Source: Hemiscyllium ocellatum (Eukaryota). From it: DNA of 64,000 bases. The stretch's first letter is position 1, and the number at the start of each line of letters is the position of its first letter. The translations under genes and the position numbers were made by a program. Location of the stretch: assembly GCF_020745735.1 (NCBI RefSeq), contig NC_083422.1, forward strand, positions 19,592,001-19,656,000. Reading direction: 5' to 3'. Of this stretch, positions 23,541 through 36,236 are shown piece by piece. The notes beneath the pieces were generated by a model. It ran no database searches. It saw nothing but the letters and a program-made list of their open reading frames with translations, and was not told the origin of the DNA.

Positions 23541-26500
23541 TTTACCTTTCATACTAATGAGACTCTGAAATGTGCACTGGAAATGGAAAATGGTTGTGAT
23601 AGCTCCTCTTCTAAATTGACCATCTTGATTATTCTACCACTTATGTTACTTTTAACCAGTGGCAGAGCCCCAGTAACCAATTCATTTAAATGCTAAAATA
23701 TATCCTTTGAAAGAGATGCTCTATTTTTGTCATGAAATGTGGAATATACAATAAAATAAAGTACAAATTTGAGAAAATTAAAAACGGCTCAGTTATTTTG
23801 AAACAAAAGTAGGTTAAATGAGAAATGCACTTTAAAACAGGTTTCGACACAAACTTCTTTACATTTACTTTTAAAATGCATAACCTTTTTATCTTATGTG
23901 AGAAAAAAGAGAATTGAATAATTTAACTCATTTTATGTTTAAGAAAAGAGGATTAAACAATTTGCCTCATTTTACAACAAAGTTGTAAAACAATGTTAAT
24001 GTTCATTCAGGACCCTTTGCCAGCCTTTGTACAAATTATACATTGCCAGGGCAAGTTGTCGAAGTGATTGTATATACTTTGAATCTCTTAGTAACAGATG
24101 CACTCGTTCACATTTTTGTTGAACGAGATTAAGATACATATTTGAAAACAAAAACATTTTAACACTTTGCAAAAATCTCCCCACTTTTCTCCCTAATATC
24201 AAAAGCACTGAACAATTAAAATTTTACCTTGAAGGTAGGCAGCGCTGAGAGCATGTTGTATAAAATGAAACAAGTTTTATAGACCAACTGTCTGGAGAGA
24301 CCACTCTTGTATAGAACTGCCTGACATCAATCCTAACAATGTATTCATAGCCCAGATTTAAAGCTGTGTCGGCAGACAGCCTGCTTTATCAAATAAAAGG
24401 TAAGTTCTAAAGTTGGCCATTATACATAACCTACAGTTATGTGTTAGTTCCCATTAGGACGTTTTTTTTAGTTGATTTGAAACAAGTGCCGACACTCCTG
24501 AATTCCTCTCCCAAGTGTGCTGTATTTTAGCTTTGTCAATAACATTTTGCAAACAATTGCTTTCACAAAAGACTGTTACTGATCAGCATGTCTCATCACT
24601 AATAAAGTTAATATGTCAAAGTGCTAATGACATCTGGACTGGTTTGAGTGTAACTAATATGACTACAAAAACCCATGAACAGGGTAAAGAATGTGAAGAT
24701 GTGGGGCAATACAGGAAAATTCAGTTCAAGACAGTAGTGGAGGTGAGAAATAGGATGAAGGAAAACATTGCCTTCAAATGGAATTCCACAGCCTTGATCC
24801 CAGAGACCGATACCTGCAAATGAGGGAGCAAAAGACATAAGCAGAAATGGTAATGGTACAACCACACACTTGTTGGGCTCTCACCATGTGTCTGCACACT
24901 CTTGATTTAAAGAGGTTCAGAAACAAAGGTAATCCAGTCCATTAAGCCTGCCCCTATTTACAACAAACTACTTACAACTTGCATTGTCATGATTCATCTC
25001 TATTTCATTTTAATCTCTGAAGAGAGATGAATAATCAAGAGCTCAGCTTCCAAGAAGAGAAGGCATTTGGATTTTACCTGCAAGTTGTAAAGGTAAGCAG
25101 GCAAAAACCTGTGAATCATTTCATGATTCAATTCTTATTAGTTCCTATCCACAGAGCAATTTCTGTTGTTCTCACAAGAACTGGAGCTACAATATTCCAT
25201 AGCTTGTTTAATCTGCTTTCTCTATACTTATCCCTGTAACCCTTTGGCCATTCATTAATGAGATTGTCATAAATCACATTTCAAAAGAAATAAATGCCAT
25301 ACATTCATTATTATTTAGATAAAAATTCTTTGAGAAGTTAGGGTTGTTGTAATATTACTAATTTAATATACAAGCTATCATCACTGTTTAACGAATAATC
25401 TAGTTCTAACCATCTATTTCATCACATCAAATTGTGCTTTATGTGTGTTTTTCTATACTCTCATAAATATTAAATGGATGTACATTTCATCTGTGTGTGT
25501 TTCAATTATCTCATTTAGTTTGGTATTACATGTGTTTACATTGAAATGTCTAAATCATACATGCACTTCTATTATTTGCATTATTTGATGAATCAACTTT
25601 TATATCCATAACAGACGATGTGCTATGCACCTTGATACATAGACTTTATCAATTGTAAACTGAGAAGGCAGGTATAAAATTTCATATGAAACATGGCTAG
25701 TGGATGTATGAAGATAATTAGAATGAGCAGTCAGGCAAAACAACATGCACCAGAGAAAAAGAATTCACTGAAGGTGCTTGTAATAATCGTTTTGGTTATC
25801 ATCTGAGATTTTATAAACTGAAGTCTGTTCTGGGAAGTAAGGTTTCTAAACTATAAAGGTGTAAGGATTACAAAACATACAATGTGATGATCAAACTTAC
25901 CCACACAGTAGAATGCTGTGGATATGGTCATATTTTCAAGTTGGATATTAATGAAATCTCCCCTCCAAGTGGAATTCATGGGGATTCCCACAGCTGTTAG
26001 TCTCAGCTGATTAAACTTACAAGTTTATAGGCTATAGTTCCCAGAGGGAATTGGTGCCCACAACTTGCAGATTATTTTCATGATTGGCAACAAGGTGGTC
26101 CAATTGCAGTGTTCCAATGCTGGTGATTGAAAGTTTAGCTCCATCCTGAACCATTTGATATCATAAGGATGAGCTGTAGACAAAACCATCAAAAATTGAA
26201 GTAAAAGATGAAGGGACTAAGGTTCCTTGGACTAAAACTCTTGCCTGAAGAATGAACCAGCAGTAGATGCATCATGGGATCTTCTCTATATTTGGCAAGT
26301 TTATCTGTCAGATGGGGTGTAGAATGATTCCACCTCAACCAAGAGGAAATATTTTTAAAGTGCATGGAAATAATACAAGTGTACTGTCATAATTTGCTTG
26401 TCATTATGTGGGATTTTGTGCACAGCTGCCTCAAAAGAGGAGCTCAAAATTAGAATTTGCTGAGTTGCTCCTAGAAATCTAAGGAAGTGAATTTCTTTCA

Positions 26501-27269
26501 ATTAATCAAATCGGTGTAACAGGTTCTATGGAGCTAAATCTTTGCGCTGCAGAAGTTCACTCTATTAGTGAATAGTGGAAGATTCCCCCATTACCTGAAT
26601 CCACAGCTATGCACAGTAAAAGCTGTAGGTTTGCAGCACACAGACTTGTGCTCCAATTGACACCAATTCTGATCAGAAACAATGTATTGCACCCACTGCT
26701 CTCACAGTACACGATTATTAACTGAATCTGACAATTATCTGAATCAAAGTCTGTGCAATAAGTGCTTTTCCTCATTTACTCTGCAGTGAGGAGGGTGCAG
26801 AAAAATTGACGCCCAATTCTACTTCTCCTGAGATAACATTGAAAATGAAAAATGACATATACTCGTGCTGGCTGATCACCAAGTAAAGTCACCAATTAGT
26901 GAGGTGAACATAAACACAAATCTGGAGAAAATCAATGGTGAGAAATGGCCTTCAGTGAGAAGGAGGTCTCTATCTGTTGTCACGTGTTCTAAGTAGTTGC
27001 AGTGGAAAATTTAAAAAGAGGAGAGTAGTGAGGTGATGAACAATTAATAGCACAACCAACAGAAACAACATGAAAGCTTCACTGTTCAAGATCTAAAAAG
27101 GATAACATCAGTCATCTCACCAGAAGGATTGTATAGTAACAAGTGTGGAATTCTACATCAGGGTTAAACAAGAAATTGTATGAAACAGTAAGTGTTGTTA
27201 ACTACTTATAACAGTTCCTACTTTTATTAACATAAACCAGATGTTTCAAGGGGTCGGAAACAACTGATG

Positions 27270-28030
27270 ATATACTGTGAGCAGCTTTGGTCCCTTTAGA
27301 TTAGACTTACAGTGTGGAAACAGGCCCTTCAGCCCAACAAGTCCACACCGACCCGCCGAAGCGCAACCCACCCATACCCCTACATTTACCCCTTACCTAA
27401 CACTACGGGCAATTTAGCATGGCCAATTCACCTGACCCGCACATCTTTGGACTGTGGGAGGAAACCCGAGCACCCGGAGGAAACCCACGTAGACACGGGG
27501 AGAACATGCAAACTCCACACAGTCAGTCGCCTGAGTCGAGAATTGAACCCGGGTCTCAGGCGCTGTGAGGCAGCAGTGCTAACCACTATGCCACCGTGCC
27601 GCCCACAATTATTTAAGAAATTATATCATTTCATTGAAGGCAGTTCAGAGAAGGTTCACAAGGGTGATCCTTAGTATGGAGGGATTGTCTTATGAGCAAA
27701 GGTTAAACAGGTTGGGACTCTACTCACTAGGGTTTAGAAGAATGAAAGATGATCTAATTGAAACAAATAGAATTCATAAGAGGCTGGACAGGTAAACGCT
27801 AGAATATATTTCCTCTCAGGACCAGAAGGCAGAGTCTCAGAATAAAAGGGTATCAATTTAAAACTGAGATGAGGAGGAATTTATTTTCTCAGCGATTGTA
27901 AGTCTTTGGAACTCTTTGCCACAGAGAGCTGTGAGGGCGGAGCTTTTGTCCATATTTAAGGCTGCGATAGATAAATTCTTGTTCAGTGGAGGAATCGAGG
28001 CTTAAGAGAAAAGGGGAGGAAAGTGGATAT
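27270..28030 (+). mobile_element. CR1/HER1 LINE 3' fragment interrupted by HE1
   Basis: YCEQLWSP | YL...AVQRRFTRVI..MEGLSYEQRLNRLGLYSLGFRRMKDDLIET, then the CR1 3' region. Confidence 0.9.
27296..27604 (-). mobile_element. HE1-type V-SINE, young full-length copy
   Basis: Near-identical reverse complement of 11202-11515. Confidence 0.97.
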
Positions 28031-29439
28031 GAGGAATGTCAGATAGAATGCTCTACCCCATTTCTACTTCTCACTTATAAGACTGCAGTACAGCTATGGT
28101 GCTTCTGTTAACTGTGGTAGGGAATTGTTTATAAAGTAACAATCTTTTTGATAGAACGAGAGTTCATTCATCATATTAATTTGTGAATGGCTTCATACTC
28201 AAAACAAAATTTGTGTAATAATCTTGCAGGTGAACATGTAGTGTAAATATAAAAAATGTCACTGGAAGGAACAGTAATTGTACTTTATGTCTAGTAAGGT
28301 GAATAAAAAATGTCAATGACTAATACAGCCCCATCAAATGCATATTTGTTGATTTCTCCCAGTTTTTTTCCCTTTTAATTCAATGTTGTGCTTAGTTTTA
28401 TGTTGTTCATATGTATTATAATTAATTAATAAGTAACTGACTTCTAGATATCTTGAGTCTAGACAACCAGCAACATCTTTGACATGAAACACAACATCAA
28501 GCAAAAAAAAAAGAAAACCATGAGTTATTTTACAAAAAGGATTCTTTCCTTCCAGTAACAATGCTATTCCTAGTCCACAATAACACTGCTGCACATCAGA
28601 TCAGAAATCTCTGTCAGCACCATGCTTGTTCCAACTGAGGGAGTTCCCTTAACATTTTCATCTTTGTTTTTTCAGTGTTCTGTATTGCAAAAAGGAAACA
28701 TGTCAAATTAGACAGCATTGTTAAAACCCTTGAGTTTTTCTGATAACATTATTTGTGGAAACATACACACAAGAATAACTTCCTGAGTGAAAATGATTAA
28801 ATGCATTTTGGAACCTCAATTCATGTTTGCTAAGTACTTGATGCTTATTCTGTCAAATTCAGCAGTTATAGCTGAAAGTTAAAACTCTAGTTAATCAGTT
28901 TAAGTCAGAATTTTCTGTATCCTGTTTTCATTTACACATTAGGCTATTTTCAAACAAAACAGGAAAAAATAAAATGTGTTATATGCCTTATTATTTTGTT
29001 AACAACATACGCCATTTAAATTTCTTTGAAAAGAGAATGTTGTCATCATTTTAAATTCTGTTATGATGTTTGATGAATGTAATGAGCTTTTAATAATAAC
29101 TTTTCTTTGGTTTCAGAAATTTGGGGCTGTACAAATAACCTTCTACATAGAACATACCTGGTCACAAGTACGCATGCTATCGTCCTATCACAAATTTTAA
29201 AAAAGGATATAAAATGCTTCCATATTTCTTTATTAATGCACTGTTAAAAGGGCACCTAAAATGTGTAGATTGAACCTCATTTTCATAGCTAACTGAAAAT
29301 ATTAATATTAAAAGATGTTCCGTTATATTCATTAAAATGCTCATGAACCTTCGGTTCGTTTCTAGAAAATTCAAATTGGCAATACATATATTTCCCACTG
29401 AATTTAGGCAGTTCTCTTTTTTAACAATTACAAAGCAAT

Positions 29440-29612
29440 CTATATTTATATAGCACCTTTAAAGTCTTGAAACCTTTCCAGATGTTCAATAGATGCATTT
29501 TGAATCAAAATATGGTGTCTAGTCATGTAAAAATGCTAAGGACGACTGAAAACCTATGCAGTGTAAGGGTTTAAGAAGCATCCTTTTGGAACAAAATCAG
29601 GTAGAGAGGCAA
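29440..29612 (-). mobile_element. Ancient L2-type 3' end
   Basis: 'tatatttatatagcaccttta' tail motif. A similar motif lies at about 3055. Confidence 0.45.
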
Positions 29613-30498
29613 TACACTAAATTATACTGCTTTTAATACACAGGATTTTACAGCAATATAAATACAAGACTGCTTATGATACGAATCAGTAACTGCCTGT
29701 GAAGCATTACAGTTTAAAATCCTTGTATTTCACAGCCACTCACTTTTGCAGCTTGGTGTGCATGCATATATAGGAGACCACAGCAGATCCAAGATTAGAA
29801 CTGGAATACTGTGCTAAATAAGATTGGCACTTACTCTCTTGATTAAAATTTAAAATGTGTTCTTTGATAGAATCATGATGATTGAAAAGCTATCAGCAGA
29901 AACAGGGTGTAGAAAGTATTGAAGGTATAAGTTAACTAATTCCTTCAGTGTCTACCAAAAGCCAGAAGTGATGTAATAGAAGTTATGACCAAAAGTGATA
30001 TGCATGTATATCAGATTGCACATGTGATCTCCTGACTTCCTGTTCCACAAATCTCCCTTAGCAACATGAGAGATTCAGCTGTTAAAACTAAAATGATAAA
30101 TGGGCTATTTGTTTAAGTTACAGAGAATTAGAAAAGATCCCAGTCATTTAGACAATGACCTCCATCTCTGCCAATCATTGATGTTAGTCAGCTGGAACAA
30201 GAAGGCTGCTTACACATACATTCTCCTGGGGAAAATCCAGATACAATAAACTCATGGGAGTTGGCATTGTCTGTAAGTGTCATTTACAGATATAATTCAG
30301 CTCATAAAATCCCGAGACTTTCCACAGGCATTCAAAACTGGAGTGATTTCTTATTTCAGTACATCTGGACATGCAGATAGACTTTTAAATAGCACCATCA
30401 CAAAAGCAGTTGTTGGCAAATGTTATATGGCTGGGGTCACAGTCGTGCAATGCTGAAAGTAAATTCCACCCCTTTCCCTCACATCATTCACCATTAAG

Positions 30499-30800
30499 GG
30501 GAGGCAGTGGCCCAGTCATATTATCACTGGACAGTTAATTCAGGGACCCAGTAATGTTCTGGGGACTTAGATTTGAATCCAATAAATATCTGGAATTAAG
30601 AATTTAATGATGACCATGAATCCATTGTCAACTGTCAGGAAAAATCAACCTGTTTCCCTAATGCCCTTTAGGAAGGAGACTACCATCCTCATCTGTGATT
30701 CCAGACCCACAGCAATGCGGTTGACTCATAACTGCCCTCTGCATGGCCAGCGATGGGCAATAAGTGCTGGTTTAGCCAGTGAATGAATGAATTAAAAAAA
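30499..30800 (+). mobile_element. Family-2 tRNA-derived SINE
   Basis: GGGAGGCAGTGGCCCAG head, core 'tatctggaattaagaatttaatgatgaccatgaatccattg', tail 'gatgggcaataagtgctgg...gccag..gaatgaatgaatt(A)n'. Confidence 0.85.
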
Positions 30801-31099
30801 AGCACAACTCCTGCTTTGCCTCCTTCTCAGCTCTCTCTTTCTCTTTTATATCCAAGTGTTGCATGACACTTCCCATTGAGGTGGGCAGCATGCAAATTCA
30901 CCCGACTATAACATTAGCTCGAATACTGATGGCCGTCTCAGCATAATGCAAACAGTGCAGTCAGCCTTCTCTTTGTAAAGGTAGTGTACCCATCTTGAAG
31001 AGAGCCCATGCTAAGTTAAAGGTGGTTAATGCTGAATGCTACTGCTGTAATTCTAAACCATTAAAAATGAAATGTCAGAGCAGGCAGAAGGTTCTGAAT

Positions 31100-31180
31100 G
31101 TGGTGCTGGAGGTATCAGTGAGAGAGGCCAAGGATTTACAGTTAAGTGAAGGGTTACATGGTACTGGAATCCTCTGAAGG
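31100..31180 (+). mobile_element. Possible LF-SINE-like fragment
   Basis: 'ggtatcagtgagagaggccaaggatt' resembles the recalled LF-SINE segment TCTCAGCAGAGAGGCCAAGGATT. Confidence 0.3.
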
Positions 31181-31989
31181 AAGTGGGAGCAAGTAACTGG
31201 GAATGTCAAATCATTGAATCATGGAAAGCTTATAAAACCAAAGGAGGTAATGTGGCCTCTCATACTGGCCGGGTTAACCCATTTCCCCATCTATTCCCTG
31301 TAGCCCTGCAAAGTTTCCCTCTTTAGGTACTTTTTAAAACATGATCAAATCTGTCTCTCAGGCAGTGCATTACAAGTTCTCATCTCCTCCTGCATAGAAA
31401 GGACTTTCCCCATTCAATCTATTTTTATTTTGCTAGAAACTTTAAATCAGTGTCCTCTGGTTCTCATTTCTATTGCTAATGGAAACATCTTTCACTCTAT
31501 CTATTCTGTCTGGCTCTCTTTTGATTTTGAATTTTTTGAGCAACATTCCTCCCAATCTTCTCTTCTCTGAGGAGGTCAAACCCAGCTTTTCTGATACATT
31601 ATTAAAATTCCTCATCCCAGACCCTCTCTTATAAATCTTTTCCATGCCATTTCTAGATATTTCACCCGACTAAAGCCCTTCTGAAGCATCATGCCCAGAA
31701 TTGGATACAACACTTGAATTGAAATCAAACAGTTTTACAAAGAATCACCGTCATTTGCTTTTAATATAAATCTCAGAATCTTATATGTCTTAATGACCAC
31801 TTTCTCAACCTATCCTGCCACCTTCAACGAATTATGCACAAAAATCATTCGGTTTCTCTGCTCCAGAATCTGCCTTAAAAATCTACTCAAACATTTGCAT
31901 TAAGTTTCTTCTTCCAGATGTCCACCCATTCTACCACTCTATCTATGGTCTCTTTAAGACTATCAGGATACTCCCCTGAGTTTATTTAA

Positions 31990-32255
31990 GAGTCAATCAC
32001 ATTCCTGTGGACCAAGAGTGACTTGCAGACCAGACCAGGTCAGGATGGTAGATTTCCCTACCTAAAGAACATGAAAGAACCAATGGGCTTTTATGACAAT
32101 TGACATTGGTTACCTGGTCATCATAAAGCCAGCTTTATAATCCCAGCTTTTAAATGAACTCAAATGTCACCAGCTGCTATGTTTGCATTCAAACCCACGT
32201 GCCTAAAACATTTACCTGAATTATGGATTATTAGTCCTGTGACGTTAGCACTGCC
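31990..32255 (-). mobile_element. Family-2 SINE (decayed)
   Basis: 'ccagaccaggtcaggatggtagatttccctacctaaagaacat' is the reverse of the family-2 core. Confidence 0.7.
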
Positions 32256-32372
32256 TAACGTCACAGTTTGTTTTCAATTTCTCCCTACCAACTTTAGCAT
32301 CCTCTAAAGCATCCCATCTAACCCTGGTGGCTTTTTAGTTTTAGGTGCAGCCAAATTTCTAATAACTAATAT

Positions 32373-32460
32373 TCCTGAAAAAAAGTCATCTTGGACTCAA
32401 AACATTAACTCTGCTTCACTTTAGAGACCTGCTGCATTTCTGTTTCTGTTCTTATTTCCA
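32373..32460 (+). mobile_element. Family-II hammerhead-headed repeat, decayed
   Basis: CTGAAAA-A-AAGTC-ATCTTG-GACTC-AAAAC-ATT-AACTCTG. Confidence 0.55.
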
Positions 32461-32629
32461 ATACCTCCTCTTTGTCAATTGTTAACACATTCAGTATCTC
32501 AGCTATTTCCTCTTTCTATATGACTTTGCAGCATCTTCTTCTTTGGTAAATTTATTTATTCGGTACCTCAGCCACGTCCTTATTCTTTAATCACAGATCT
32601 CCTTTTCAGCCCTTAATCACCCCACTCAT

Positions 32630-32740
32630 CTGTCAATGGACCCAAAAGTTGACTCACTTTCTTTCCACAGATGCTGCCAGACCTGTGATTTCTGTTTTTA
32701 TTTCAGATTTCCAGTATCCATAGGTCTTTGCTTTATTTTG
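32630..32740 (+). mobile_element. Family-II PLE-like repeat fragment
   Basis: GGACCCAAAAGTTGACTC...CACAGATGCTGCCAGACCTG...TTTCCAGTATCC. Confidence 0.6.
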
Positions 32741-32904
32741 CGTTAAAGATTATATTGTCCAATCTTTTCAGCTCAAGGTGAGAGAAAAATCAGTTCCAAG
32801 TCCTCATGCAGCCTGTGAGATTTTGGACTGTCTTTGTGATTTGTGCCTCACTGGGGACACCTTTAAGGTTACCTGTGAATTACTTCTGCTTCAAGGACCT
32901 GTCT

Positions 32905-33217
32905 GGGCTGGCACAGTGGCTCAGTGGTTAGCACTGCTGCTTCACAGTGCCAGGGACCCAGATTCGATTCCTGGCTTGGATGACTGTCTGTGTGGAGTTT
33001 GCACATTCTCCCTATGTCTATGTAGGTTTCCTCCCACAGTCCAAAGATGTGCAGGTCAGGTGAATTGGCTATGCTAAATTGCCCATAGTATTAGGTGATT
33101 AGTCAGGGGTAAATATAGGGTAGGGGAATGGGTCTGGGTGGGTTAACCCTTCAGGAGGGTTGGTGTGGATTTGTTAGGCCAAAGGGTCTGCTCCCATACT
33201 GTAAGGGATCTAATCTA
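32905..33217 (+). mobile_element. HE1-type V-SINE
   Basis: Head, B-box, V-domain with small deletion, tail. Confidence 0.95.
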
Positions 33218-33730
33218 TGATTGGTCTGTAATGACCAATGACATGGTGAATATTTAAAGAAATATTTGGGAATACAGAACTCAAACATTGTTAGGAAGAC
33301 ATTAGAAATTGAAATTTTTCATCTTGCACTCACTCATCAAAATTAGAACACAGAGGCAGACTTGAAAAACAAAAGCAGTATTTTATGCAGCATGAGGCAA
33401 AGGTGCTGATTGGTTTGGCCATAATTGATATGGAAATAGTGTAAGAGCAGTTAATTGTCAATCTAAATGCTGAGATCAGCAGATTGATTCCAATTGGTGA
33501 GGGCATTACCATAGGGTAACAGCAATGTTTGGCTGTCTCTATGATCCCTAGTTTTTGAAAAAAGGGTGCAATGTATGTACCTTTTGCCTATATAAAACAG
33601 GGTCTTCAACATTACCTGCTTTGAGCTTTGTGAACAGAACCTCAGGAAAGACCATGGCCCATCTCCCAAGTAACTTGAACAGAGAGCCCTGACTGGTAAG
33701 TGACCAGAATGCTGACTGATTCCTGTGCAG

Positions 33731-33790
33731 CTCCCTGATTGGCTTGTCATTAACTCCCTGACTGGCTTGTCATTAACTCCCTGATTGGCT
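33731..33790. repeat. 23-bp tandem repeat, about 2.6 copies
   Basis: Unit CTCCCTGA(T/C)TGGCTTGTCATTAA starting at 33731, 33754 and 33777. Confidence 0.9.
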
Positions 33791-34651
33791 GCACTAAGCC
33801 TGTAGGAATGGCTGTGGCCCACTCCTCACACTAACTGCCCCAAGTGACTGACTGATGGTATTCCGAGTCCTTAGATTGAGCTTGAATGCTGTTCCTGACT
33901 GAGTGTGGTGACAGTCCCTTATTGACCACAGTATCTAGCCCCAACCCCTCAACTTCAATGAGACACTACTCCCACTCCACTCTGAGAAGTGGTCAATTTG
34001 GCTGCAATGCATTCAGTATTATTGTTACAGAAGCTTCTGGCACCTGCTGTAGCTGTGACCGTACATAGCATGGATGACAACATCATATCCATCCCCTTGA
34101 CTGATTACTGCTAGAATCCAACCTGGTATTGTGTCTGCATTGTGTTTGACCTAAAATGCAAGACACAACAGGAGGACTGTGTGTGTCTGTAAGTTCTGAA
34201 TGAGGCATCAAAGTGTGTAAAGGCAAGGCAGAGATGTTGTGAGCATCTAATTCAGCACAAAGTAAGAAATTGCTAAGAAAGCAAGTGAGGAACTGTGAGG
34301 TTTACCCTGTTCTGATGCATGATGAGTGTTTAGCCCTGAACACAAAGGTGTCAGTGAGCTGTAAAGTGAAACATTAAACTGGAGAACTGCTTCCTAAATA
34401 AGATGGAGATGTAGCCTATGACAATGTAGCAAGGATGGGGCATGTCCGATGCCAGCCACGGAAGAGATATGCAGGTAGTTGCTGCTTATGGAGCATGCCC
34501 TGAGATTTGGGGAACGTTGGCCAAATGGAGGCCCAGTGAAACAAGAGGTGAGCTGGAGACACCAGGTAATCGCTCTGACTTTCATGTGGGGACTTACCTC
34601 TCTGCTGTCTTGGAGGTTAGGAAAACTGCATATAGATGAGATTCGGTAGTA

Positions 34652-34871
34652 CAGTAGACCCCCATACCTGCTGGGGATATGTTCCAGGACCTGCCGCGGA
34701 AGGCCAAAACCATGGAGAGGAGAGAACTACTCATTTAAATGAGGAATGTACCTTCCTGGTAGTCTCCTGGTCCTTGGTTCTGGAATGTTCCCTTTTATAT
34801 GTTTGGGCCACGGGAAACCGCTGGCAACTGAAACCACGGAAAATGATTCCATGGATACGGGGGTTACTCTG
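34652..34871. mobile_element. pogo/Tigger-type (Tc1/mariner) MITE
   Basis: TA|CAGTAGACCCCCATAC...GATACGGGGGTTACTCTG|TA: imperfect TIRs and a TA duplication (34650-51, 34872-73). Confidence 0.75.
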
Positions 34872-35314
34872 TAATGCGATGTTAATAAGCCTCTCGGTGC
34901 TGTCTAAGAAGATTCTCATATCACTGACCAAACCTTGAGCAGCAAATCAAACTTTTCTCAACATTGAGAATCCCACTTTTTGATCTTGACATATTTTCCC
35001 AACTGACTTGCCATTGACCACATTGTTGAGCGTCTGGATAAATTCAGGTTGACGTATTCACTATCGTATTAAAACAAAAGAGAAAACTAATTTGTGTTAT
35101 TTTTGAAAGTTATGTTTCAGATTCAGGAATAGATTTAAACTTGAACTTCAGAAACATTGCTTGTTTGAATCATCACACTAACCAAATTCATTTTGAAACT
35201 AGACAATAAAGTCTTCTTTTTTGTAGACTCATAGACATTTACAGCACAGGAGGATCCCATTCAGCCCACTGTGCCCATGCCAGACATTAAAGAACTGACT
35301 ATATTCATTCCATT

Positions 35315-35462
35315 TTTTTTTGCCCTTCACATCAAAGGGCAATGCGTCTCCTTTTTTTTTCTTATTTTTTTTAACCCCCACACTACCGCCTAACTGCGGT
35401 AGTGCTTATTTTTCCCAGCACCCATGGTGTGTGTGTGCAGGTGTGAGACACAGTGAGAGACA
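35315..35462 (-). mobile_element. 148-bp poly(A)-tailed retroposon 3' end (L1/Tx1-type integration)
   Basis: 17-bp perfect TSD ACTATATTCATTCCATT (35298-35314, 35463-35479), T-run at the left end, two perfect hairpins. Confidence 0.8.
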
Positions 35463-36030
35463 ACTATATTCATTCCATTCTCCAGCTGTTGGCCATTGCC
35501 TTAGAAGCAACGGCAATGCAATTAAATATCTAAACACTGCGTAAGTGTTATTGGGGTTTCTAAATCAGCTACTCTGACAAGCAGTGACTCCCGGACTCCC
35601 ATCACCCTCTGAGTGAAAAACTCTCCTCTCACCCTTCTACCTCTTTCGTTAATCCATGCTTCCTGCTTATTGATCCCTCTACTAATAGCAAAAGTATCTT
35701 CCTAACAATCAAGGCTCATGCCCCTCATAATGCTACACCATCTCTATCAAGCTTTCAACTGTCTCTTCTCCAAGGTAAACAATCCCAGCCTATCCAATCT
35801 TTTCTCATAACTCAGACCCTCCAGCCAAGACAGCATCCTGGTAATTCCTTCAATAACCTTTCCAGTGTAACCACATCCTTTCAATGATATGCTGATCGGA
35901 ACTGCATACTCTACTCTGATTGTGACCTTACCAGCATTTTATACAGTTCCAGCATGCCTTGCTCTTGTATTCAATGCTTCGACTAATAAAGAGAAGTATC
36001 CCACATGCCTACCTAACCACCTTATTTACC

Positions 36031-36236
36031 TGAAAAATATCTTGCTGGAAAAGTGCAGCAGGTCAGGCAGCATCGAAGGAGCAAGAGAATTGTTTCGGGC
36101 ATAAGCCCTTCTGTGGGCTTATGCCCAAAATGTCGTTTCCTGCTTCTTCGATGCTGCCTGACCTGCTGCGCTTTTCCAGCAACACATTTTTCAGCTGTGA
36201 TCTCCAGCATCTGCAGTCCTCACTTTCTCCTAGTTG
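36031..36236. mobile_element. PLE fold-back mini-copy E
   Basis: Inverted arms around GGGCATAAGCCC-TTCTGT-GGGCTTATGCCC. TSD ACCTTAT(T/C)TACCTG at 36019-36032 and 36237-36250. Confidence 0.85.

Larger units (their letters stand above)
31210..32630 (-). mobile_element. Decayed CR1 LINE fragments with nested SINE and PLE pieces
   Basis: Minus-strand EKLGLTSSEKRRLGGML (ORF 31442-31645). 3' tail near 31210. Confidence 0.75.

Noticed and set aside
27312-27674. Recurrent ORFs 'MWKQALRPNK.../CTSLDCGRKPEH...' suggesting a gene family
   Set aside because: They are antisense translations of HE1 SINE copies.
30890-30897. Octamer ATGCAAAT as an enhancer
   Set aside because: A single 8-mer is expected by chance in 64 kb of AT-rich DNA.
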